DNA of 64,000 nucleotides. It comes from Stylophora pistillata. Lineage: Eukaryota. Location: positions 539,512 to 603,511 of the forward strand of contig NW_019217813.1 in NCBI RefSeq assembly GCF_002571385.2. Reading direction: 5' to 3'. Below are positions 1 through 10,700 of the stretch, one piece after another. Numbering within the stretch: the stretch's first letter is position 1; each line of letters starts with the position of its first letter. The translations under genes were made by a program, and so were the position numbers. Under the pieces are notes generated by a model. The model was not told where the DNA came from, did no database searches, and was given only the letters and a program-made list of their open reading frames with translations.

Positions 1-198
1 CAATTCTTATGACATTGGTTCAGAGAATTTAGTACTGGGTCAACCAGTTATCTCCTAATTGATATTTAACAATTATTCCATGAGCACGCATTGGATATGA
101 GATGATAGATAGCCAATGAGGCGCGTAGTGCCGAGTTGGCTATAATCATCTAATATCCAACAAGGGCGAGTGAAATAATTGTTTTATTTTAAAAAACA

Positions 199-236
<38 letters not shown>

Positions 237-271
237 GTTAGAAGAAACCGGATGTTACAATGTACAGATAT

Positions 272-323
<52 letters not shown>

Positions 324-1141
324 GTTGAATTGCATGATCCAATGATCCAGTTTTTAATAATTTTCTTTATTCTCATCCCTTGTCTGACAGACATAGTATT
401 GATATTTTATTTAGTATTGATAGATTGAGGAAAAATTCTTTCTTGGTCACCCATGGGAGTGAAAGGATCAAATTATGATAGGGATACAAGGATCACTTTT
501 TTCTCTTGCCATTTTAGGTATAACTTTTTAAGCTTCACCCATAGTGCTATCAGTAAAGGATAATAGTTTCTTAATAAACACCTTCCTCAATTAGGTTCCC
601 CTTCTTCCAATAAGTGCCCCTCCTTTTAGCCAACATTTTGAGTAAGTGCCTTGGCACTTATTCGAGGAAATGCTTTCCGTAGGTCAACAAATTAGCAATC
701 ATAGCCTTTGCTCACAATAAACAAACTATTATAATCAGAAAATCAGCATTCTTCCATCAAAATTAAAGCTTACTGTACGTTCTCGTACAGTACAGTATTT
801 ACATGTTTTTGTTTTATGGTTTGTTTGTCCTCCGTTGTATTTTTCGTTGTTTTTTATCCAGATCAAATATAACCTGACTATGATAAAAGAAAGCAATAAT
901 CAATTCACACTCCAGATATTTATTCAAGTACTTACCAGTTCTCTAAGCTCCAAATTAACTTTTTCCTGCTGTCTGATTAAATGTGATTTGTATGCAGCTT
1001 GGAATCTAACCATAAGGGGCTGAAAAAAAAAAAAAAAACACCAAATACAGTTATATTGGAAGATTTACAATGAATGTGTATCTTATTTGGCCCTGAAAAC
1101 GTCAATGGAAAATATTGGTAATGAAGACAATGTTTACTTAC

Positions 1142-1579
1142 ATGATCGGGATCAAGAACCACCATGTCACTCTCCCCGTCTGAACCTGATTCCTCTTCAT
1201 CCCTAAGATCTCCATCGCCATCTTCACCGATATCAGCCTCAATCTCATCCTCTCTAGCTTCCTCGCCACTGCCAGTGATCTCCTCAGAGAGCAATGTCTG
1301 CGCTCCAGGCACTCCTCGCGGATCAAACGTTGGAATATCCTGTGTCAAAGTTGCGGTAGGGACGAGACCTTCACTCTCTGCACCGGTTACAACGGTGTCC
1401 ACATCACTCGGATCGCTCAAACGAAAGTCCTTCAATGCTTTAACGGTCAATTTACTGACTGCATCTTGAATAGACTTTTTGGAATCAGCTGAGCCTTTTG
1501 ATCTTCCAGATACCGGCCTCTGTTCGCCTCCTTTTCCTTCTGAATCACTGGGTCCGTTTTCTCCTAACTTGTCCGCCAT
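1142..1579 (-). CDS. CCDC40: Coiled-coil domain-containing protein 40 (axonemal ruler), first coding exon; gene continues off the left edge
   Basis: ATG at 1579. Acidic low-complexity N-terminus ends in ESDMVVLDPDH, then a GTAAGT donor at 1141. VVLDPDH matches the conserved CCDC40 motif LVVLDPDHPLM. An X-box lies just upstream, as expected for a ciliary gene. Confidence 0.75.
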
Positions 1580-1798
1580 ATTTCTTCCTTCAAAACTTGG
1601 TTGAACTTTGTTTCCTTGGCGACTTTGATGTTGAGCCCGCGATCTTGAGTGACGTCACATACATACCATTTCCTTATTTGAAGAGCTTACAGCCACAGGG
1701 ATTATGCGTATTTTGGCAAGAAACAGAAGGAACTGTGAAACATGTAGGGTAGTTGTAGCGATTATTTCTCAGCTGATTTTTAAAAAACCCCATTCAAA
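1580..1798. promoter_or_regulatory. Bidirectional promoter shared by CCDC40 and MGRN1, with an RFX X-box (1610-1623) and a CRE palindrome (1649-1658)
   Basis: Divergent ATGs about 220 bp apart. GTTTCCTTGGCGAC fits the X-box consensus; GTGACGTCAC is a perfect CRE/ATF site. Confidence 0.6.
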
Positions 1799-4700
1799 AT
1801 GGGTAATCGGTTTAGCAGACAGAATGAGGGAGTCGAGGATTTCGACGTTTCTTCGCATCCTTATCGTTATCCTCCGAATTTAGGTAAATATCTCTCGCTT
1901 TTTTGAGGGTTTAAAAACATGAAAACGCTATCTACTATGTTTGTTATGGCATTAGCATTCCCTCCAAATGGTTCCTAACTTTCGGATTTGGTCTGTAGGA
2001 AAGAACTTCTTTGCCGATTATTTTCTCATGGGAGGATCGAAGTTTGATACCCCGCAGCCAGAGGCGTACCTTTTCGGAGAGAACAGCGACTTAAATCTAC
2101 TAAATCCTAAGCCAGTGTCGGTAAGTGTTGTATCTAAGTATTCGCTTCTGAAGGAAAACGTGTCGAATTGAATGTAACTGCTGTTTCTAGGTTGACACAG
2201 GCTGATGTAAAATTCTTAGTTACAGTCAAAGAAGACACAGCTTTTTAGAGTTGTGTTTACTTTATCCAAAGCTAAGCATCACCACAGTGGCCGATTCGTT
2301 TAGTTTTAATGTTAATTTTCAGCGGAGCAGAGTGACTTTTCCTTGTGAACAGACTTTGATCACATTTCTTTCTTGTGACTGTAATTCACAAGTGTGGAAC
2401 TTTGAACGAGATTCTTGACCTGTTACATGTAAATGAGCAAAATCGAGTCCATTTTCTTGTAAAGCAGTGACTCTTTGGATAGGATCAAATTTCCAATCTT
2501 GTTGACGTTTTCTTTTTGTGAAAGGGAATTTAGCTTAACATGCACATTTTATGCTTTACAATGTCTTAGTAAAACAATCTAAAGGAAAGAACACATGGTA
2601 CCATTAGAAGGGAAGGTTATCCCAATATTGCACATCCATCAAATTTTGATGGGAGAATTTTGTCTCTAAAACTCAAGTAAAATAAACTACACTAATGATG
2701 ATACAAATTGATTTAATTTTAGCTATGAATGTATTAATTTTGAAAGGGCAACGGAGTCTTTTACTTATTTTCTTCTAAGGGCAGACCTGACCGCTACCCA
2801 TTTAATTTTTTCCTTCTCAAAATCGTCCACGGCATGCAGTTTTTACAGAAGATGTTGTTCATTGTGGTTATGTGGATAAATGAACATTTGAGTGTTAGTC
2901 AAAATTTAGCCAGCAACTGGTGCATTTGGATATCTACCTTGAAAAACACACCAGCTTTTCCAAATGCTTTTAGCTCAATTTTCAGTATAGAAGCATGTGA
3001 TTGTGCTGCCTACTTTATCACTGTCCGCTTACTCAAAATCTTTTTGACAACCCTGTGAGTTGTTTGTTCAATTTATTTCGAGCGTTGAGTTCAAATGAAT
3101 TCTGTGAGCATTATGGTGTTATAGAAGTATTAACCCTTTAATTAACTCCCATGAGTGATCAAGAAAAAACTTCTCTTAACAATATCAAAACAAAATTAAG
3201 CAGACGAGTGATGAGAACAAGTCAAAAAATATTGTTACTTTAGAGGATTCTTAGTTGATCCAATTCCAACTTCTCCAAAACACACATCTCAGAAGAATTT
3301 TCTAGCAAAAAGGAAGGAAAATTCAGGGCTCAACACTAACTGTAGCCAACAAGCCACAGACTAGTAGACTTTTTATTTCCACTGGCCAGTTTGGCTAGTA
3401 AATGAACTGAAATTGTTGTAACATCTTAGCTGTCACCAGCCACTTGGCTAGTAAATTGAAAAGTTAGTGTTGAGCCCTGGAATTATTCACAAGATCTTGT
3501 GAGCGAAAGGGTTAAAACTTAAGACAACTTGAGCTAAACTCACTATCAGGGTCTGACTGACGTGCAGACTGCAGCCCAAAATGTGGAATTGTCAGCCACT
3601 ATCATCCTATGTCAGTTTAAAAAATTCAATAGTTTTTTTGTCTGATGTTATTCAAGTATTAATTTTTTGTCTTTTCCTTTTTTTTTTTTTCATATTTTCA
3701 TTCCTAAGTTTCCATACAGGCAGCCTCTAGACAATGAACCAACAAAGACACTTAGAAGTCTTGTGAATCTAAGGAAAGACTCATTAAGGCTGGTGAAGTG
3801 AGTGCATTGCTTTCTTACATAAATTTGTTTTTCACATTTCTTGTAACTGCTGGTGAAAATTCAAAATCAGGTTTTCAATGCATTTTTGTGTGATCTTATA
3901 TGAGTAATATTTGTTTTTTTATAGGAGCTTAGATCAAGAAAGCTTTGGAATTGAGTTTATGTTTGATGCAGATGTGAAGTGTGCAATAACGATACATTAC
4001 AAGGCAACAGAAGACTTATCCACAGGCTTAGCAATGTAAGTTCAAAAGTTAGATCACAAGAAATGCTCTCTGCCATCAGTCAAATCAATTATAGAACATT
4101 GTCAAAAACTTCAAAGCACAGTCAACCTGTAGGTTAATTTTAAGGAAAGGTTAACCCTTTCATTTGTAGTATCCACACAAACAATAAGCCATTTCCAACT
4201 TTTCTTGGTTCAAAGAGAAATTACAACACAAAGACAAGGCAAAGTGTGAAGCTTCTCTTATCAGTGTAAAGAATAAAGAGTTGTGGTAAAGAAAATGAAT
4301 AAAAATATCTCAAATTTTGCAAAATTAAAATCCTATGAAGTGTGCCTGTTTGATTTTCCAAATTTAAGTTCTTGTGAAATTAAGTAACAATAAGGTACTT
4401 GAACAGCCAGTTAAATAACTAGTTACCAGGTCTTAACAAGAACCCAACCTGGACATTAGATTTGTTTCAGTATAACGTGGTTTCTTGTGTTCCAGCTACA
4501 CATCACAAGATCCACTCACATCTTCCCCAAAGACACACTTCCCAAAGGGATCTGGTCAAGTGTATAACAGTTCTCCTAAACACAAGATCAGACCTAGTTT
4601 GTTTTCTGAGGATGAGGTGAGTTTTCATTAATAGCCATGTCTTAATTAAATTATTGATGTGTTTATAATACAATTGATAACATAATGACAAAATTCTCTT

Positions 4701-7700
4701 CTACACCATGAAACACTGTATCCTGTATGCCAGATATTTGTAGGGTGGTACTTGTGATACTGAATTTATTGTGCTATATCAGGGTCACAACCCTAGAATT
4801 TACTGTGCACTGATTCATAAAGCAGTGGTCACATATACCTAAGAAGGAACCCTTTCACCCATTACAGTAACTAGCATGTAATTTCCACCTACAATATCAT
4901 CCTTGAATCACACATTATGGTCACAAGAATAAAGGAAACTATTGTCAAGTTATGAAGTTCCTGCAGGACTCGACACTAACTTTTCAACTCAGTTTGTTTA
5001 CTAGCCAAAATTGCTAGTGGAAATTGAGAACCATCGGGCAAAACTGAATTTCTACTAGTCTATGGCTAGTTAACTACCGTTAGTGTCAAGCCCTGGCCTG
5101 ATTGTGAAACAAATTCTCCTTGTTGGCACCTTTGCAAATGTACAGAGAACAGTATTGAGAATTTATTAGATTTGCCGACAGGCAGGGACACTGCACAGCT
5201 TCCGCCAATTACAGTGGGCACAGTAAACCCACCCATCCCAGCCCAGGGGAGGACATCCACCATGCAGTAATCTCATGTGTGGGAAATTAACGTCTCCTGC
5301 CCCCAACCCTGCAGGAGACGGGACCTCCATTTATTCTTCCCTATCCGAGAAGACTAGAATATCTAAACATTTCTTGATGTTATATAGAAAGGTAGCAAAT
5401 TCTTCTCAATTATTTTAAGACCTTGAGTGTTGGTCCGGCAGGGGCTCAAACCCTTGACCTCCCGCACAACAGTCCAGCATACTATCCATTAGGCTAACTG
5501 GGCGGCGGTTATATGCATACTGTTGTGTTAGAGTGTGAAGAGTTAAGTGAAAAAGTTCTACATTGTCTCTTTCCAAACACCACCTATAGGAAAACTTAGG
5601 CAGATGGTAACACTATACTATTATATTATTGGTGTGAACATTAGCAAATTAATCACATGGCTTCCCTAGTGGGACACGTACTTGTGAGGTGTGAATGTGT
5701 TGCTTCATGAAACGAGACATCAAATGTTTGTGATTGCTTTCACAACTCATACAACCTTACTTTTCTCTGTAGCATCCCATTGTCATTTTCACATCACATT
5801 TAATTGGCTACATGTACATCTCTTTGTTAGCCTACTGAATGAAATAACTGGATTCCTGAAAAAAGACTCCTCGGTACTTGCAGCACACTTTAAGTTTCTC
5901 TTTTCAGATTGTCTTGTATCCCCTTGTGTAGCTGGGGAGAAACTGATGTTACCTTAGATGTCACCTAGGGCTTTATTCCATGTATTCCTTCAGTTAATGT
6001 TAAGTTCTTTTAGTCAAATTTAATTTGGAATTCTGTGATTCATAATTGTGTGATGTTGTGTTTTTTTGTTTTTGTTTTTTTTTTAATTTACTTATACCAG
6101 CATTATTTGGTTTCACATATATAATTATTTATATAAATTTCTTTTTTACCTTTAACGCTAGTTGAACTATTGCCCTGTTAAGCATACATGCATTCCAGTT
6201 GTGATTCAAATTGATGCAGATGAGGAAGGTATGGTGAAGATTAAATTGAATATATTCAAACAGTTTAATGATTGGAGAAGAGTGTACCAAATAAAGCCAT
6301 GATACTTGCAGATAAGCTGCAATTTTAGCAATTGCAGAAATGAAGCCTGAAAAAAATTGAGGCTTTGATGGGATACAAACCCATGTTTCCAAGATACTAG
6401 TTGGGTGCTATTGCCAAATGAGCTACAAAGCCACATGTCGGTAGTGGGACACATTTTAGAGGGTTCTTTTATCGTAGTTGAGCACTAGAAGTTTAGCACT
6501 CTTTACTGAGGCACTCCAAAGGAGGCCTTAGTGTAAAATTTGGGTTCATTTGTCTTGACTGACAAATTCAAGTTGAAGCTTCTAAAAGTACAATTGTCTC
6601 AGCAAGTTTTTTTGTTTGCTCCAAGGACTAGTTGAAAAGTCTGTGAAAATTCTATGGGAAAGAGAAAACATTTTTCACATACTTTTCAAATGTTTTCCAT
6701 ACATGTATGCCTTTCACATGGAAAGTTTCACATTCACATGAGATATTTTGGTTAAGAAAACCATGTTGCTACAGTTTTATTACAAGCACCCTAGTATGTG
6801 CAGCTATAAATCTAGTTTAGTACAAAATCAATGCTCATTTATACTGTTGTTGTTTTAGTTTTGTTCTCTCAATCTTGAATATTTGGCCCTTTAGTGTTTG
6901 CTTCTTTTTTTGCATATGGTCTATCTATTGTTTCCTATTAAGGGATTGGAATTTTTAATGCTATGATCTAATGATAACTTTATTTCCAGGCTGATAATAA
7001 CAATTTATTTACTAACATGTCATGATACTTCTCAAGACCTCTTCCTCTCTTCCCTAAGTAACACTGGATCAGTTATTTAATACATCTTTTGTTCACAGAA
7101 TATCTTGGTCACTCTAACGTCACACTGGCAACATTTGAAAAAATGTCTGATGGATCTTTCATCATAAAGCCTATCAAGCAGAAACAGATGGTATGATCAT
7201 AGCTTTATCTTGAACAATTTAACATCTACATGCACTTTACAAGCTATGTTCAGTAAAGTAGTTGATTTTTTTTGTTCAAGCCACTTAGTATTTTGGAATA
7301 ATTAAAAAATTCCAATATGAGGGGAAAAAACGCTTGTCTTCTACTATTAAAAGGTTGATGGTCTCTGTTACCTCCTCCAAGAAATCTATGGTATTGAAAA
7401 CAAAGTTAATCTAAAAAGTACAAAGGTTAGTGTCTAATTATTATGGTTTTTCAGAAATTGCATTCACATACTTGTAGCTTTGATCCTGTGGCTTTGTAGG
7501 ATTTTTTCATTCTTAATGCTGCATTTTGATATTACCATGATCCGTTGTGGGTTTAATATATGTGGGGTCTTCCATGCAGTTGGTCATGTCAAGCCATCTG
7601 GTTTAAGTTAAAAAACTTCATTAACTTGACCTCAGGCCAAGTCAAGTCTTCTATCCCCTGAAAGGTAGTAATAAATGCACTTACTGGAGATAGACGGAAA

Positions 7701-10700
7701 TGAATTGTAGGAAACTGTATGATTACCTTTTTTGAGACAAAGAAGGTTGATGGGAGGAAAATGGTTAGTGTTTTACACCTGTGAGTGACCAAGACAGAAT
7801 TTCTCCTCACAATATGTATAGGTAATCGCAGGGGGCCGAGTAAAATTAAGGATTAATTGGGAAGTTGCTGAAATTGCCCAAGTCCCACAACGACAAGGGC
7901 AATTTCTGCAACTTCCGAAAACACAAGTGATATTACTCCTTAATTTTACGACGAACCATGTGATTACTTGTTTATAATTTAAGGGGCAAAATGTTTCTTA
8001 CTGATCTCATGCAAAACGGGATGCCATTGTTACAAAACAAACAGAAATTTCTTTACCTTGGCAGCTGTTGCTAAGCGATTTTCAGCCAATTATTTTCAAG
8101 TAATTTTGCCCGGGGCAATTACAAAAATTAAGAAAAAGTGCCCTCTGTCTTGACCAATCACAATTCAATAATTTTGCCCCTTATATGATAACAAAAGTGA
8201 ATTATAAGACAAGTGACAAGAATAAAGAAAAATTTAAATTGGGAGGCAGACATTAAGGAGAATTACTGATGTGATCTTGGGGATAACAGGGGCAGATCCA
8301 GGAATTTTTGATTTGGGGGGTCCAAACTTTGGTTCAGAAAGGACTGTTGGACTCTTTTGAGGCAATTACTTCTCCCCAACACCCCCCACACCCCCTCCCA
8401 CCAGTGGTGGTTGTATGTTATAATTCCTTGGCCGCTTACCATTTACTTGGATTCATTAATTTAAAAAATCAGCCAGATAAAAAGTGATATACGATCCTGT
8501 CAATGTAAGAATTTCAGTCTCAAAGTTGTAAGCGTCAGATCTGATAGGGGGGTCCAAACCCCCCGGGCCCTCCCCCTGGATCCGCCACTGGATAAAAGGC
8601 CCCCTTATCAAGTATGCAAAATGTAGACAGGCTAAGCACCTTTTGAAGTTGTTTTTTCTTGAGTAAGTAATTCTTGGGGTATGGCATTTTTTTTGTTATT
8701 TAAATAATGCTTTTTGTTGTCAATGTGCATACATCTGTCACAGGATGAAGATAATGAATTAGAAGAAACTGGTTTAGAGTGTGTAATTTGCATGAGTGAC
8801 ATGCGAGATACTCTGATCCTACCCTGTAGACATCTGTGTCTTTGTAGAGATTGCGGTGAGTTGACTTTTGTCGCATTTTGTGATTTCATATCAATATGTC
8901 CACCACACAGCGATCATCAGTTGAGTGAAGCACAAAAAAAGTTTGGTGATTGGGTTTTGACTGGAAAAATAATGGTGTTGTAACAGGCAACCTTTTCGCT
9001 TCCTGTGGTAAATGAAAGTCAAGATCCCTGCATCACTAACCATTAAACTTGAAAGCTTGCCAAAAGAAGTCAAATGACACATTGCTATTGGAAACGGAGC
9101 CAGTTTCCCATGACAATAACAGGATTTTAGCATCAAAATGTGGTCGCCAAACTTCCTTTGCATCCCACGCAACAAAATTGTAGTATTTGGGTCAGGGTAT
9201 ATGACAACATTCTTTAAAATGTCCACTGCACTCTTTTTTTGTTTCATTTTCACCAAGTGATTGAATTGGTAAACAAATCATATGAGATTCACAAGATCAC
9301 ATGGTTCCAACACTATGGACTTCCCACTGCTCAACTGATAATGTGGTTGTAGTGAATTAACGAGTGCTGGTTGCTCTTAATACTTTGACTCTCACAAGTG
9401 ACTAGCATCTAATTTAACTGTACCATATCACCCTTGAATCAACTTCAAGGTCACAAGAATAAAAGAAATGTTCACATACTAAAGAAGCTCTTGATTCTTT
9501 AAGAAATTCTCCTTGTCAGCATCATACAAGAACATTATGGAGAATATGCATATTGATGTTAGGTTGTAAACGATGAAGAAATTTGAGTACCTTGCATAAA
9601 TATTATGGCTGTTTCAAGCTGGCTACTTATTTTCAGACACATTAACTGCTGCTGGAGTCATTTTAATTTTTTTTTTCTCAATACTTTCAGCTGAATCACT
9701 AAGATATCAAGCAAGTAACTGCCCCATTTGCAGATCACGTAGGTGGCTCTTCAATGTTTGTAGACAATACAGTAGAGCAAACACACAATACTATCAGTAT
9801 TAACTCATTGACAAGAATCACAAAACTTCATGATGTCATGTAGTTTTTGTTTTTTTAGATAGGAAAGTGATATCAGGTTGAAATCTCAAGTATCCTAAGC
9901 ATTAACCCTGCTGCTGCCAAACTTTAATTCTAAATCCTATGCATTTCAGACAACGTCTATTTCAATACCATTCCTAAAAGATTGCTGAATTCTTGATCAT
10001 TTTTCAGTAGCCCTCTATTTTAATCATCTGTTACTGTTTAACCCATAGCATTTCATGCTTTGCTACAAATCTGTGCTTATATCAAGAAGCAAATTGGCCC
10101 AAATTCTCAGGTATGATACTCTGAAAATGGCAAAGGTCAATGGACAGTTTTGTTGATTTAGAAGCTGCAGATAGATGTAGATGGGATTTTCCAATAGTGT
10201 TACCAATTATTTATCGAGTGGTTGGGGGGGGGGGGAAGGGTGTTGAGTGGAAGAAAAAGGGTCACGTGTCCACCTCCCCTCCTCACCATCAGGTATTCCG
10301 TTGGGATGTCTTGTACTGCCTTCGTTCAAATGAAATATCGTGCTCGCAAAGCAAATGACAATTCTTTTTCTACTCATTTCCCCCAATATCTATATACTAA
10401 TGACCCATGATCCACATCATAACTAGAATCATTAGAAATTTTGAACGTTTTAGTGAGCAGGCGTTATTTATCGCCTGGAGCCTTTGGGTCGCAGTTAATT
10501 AGCAGTCAATTTTCTGTAGTCCCTCTTCCCCACTCTCTCCCGTTCCATCTGAAAAAGATGTGATCCCCAAAATCCTCCAACCAACCCCCCTCCCGACCCC
10601 CTCTGCGATAATGAGTGACTGATACCTGAGTAAATATGAAAATGGCCGACCCATGGAACAAATCTACCGTGAAACGTTTACACCATACGCGAGATCGATG

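Noticed and set aside
977-1141. C-terminal part of the 200-aa minus ORF
   Set aside because: Read-through into the intron beyond the GTAAGT donor at 1141.
1164-1469. Ser-rich plus-strand ORF (and similar antisense ORFs at 13129-13524 and 57151-57420)
   Set aside because: Antisense shadows of real exons.
5691-6010. Alternative MGRN1 exon
   Set aside because: Acceptor-like sites lead to stops or lack a phase-compatible donor; the true exon is 6162-6228.
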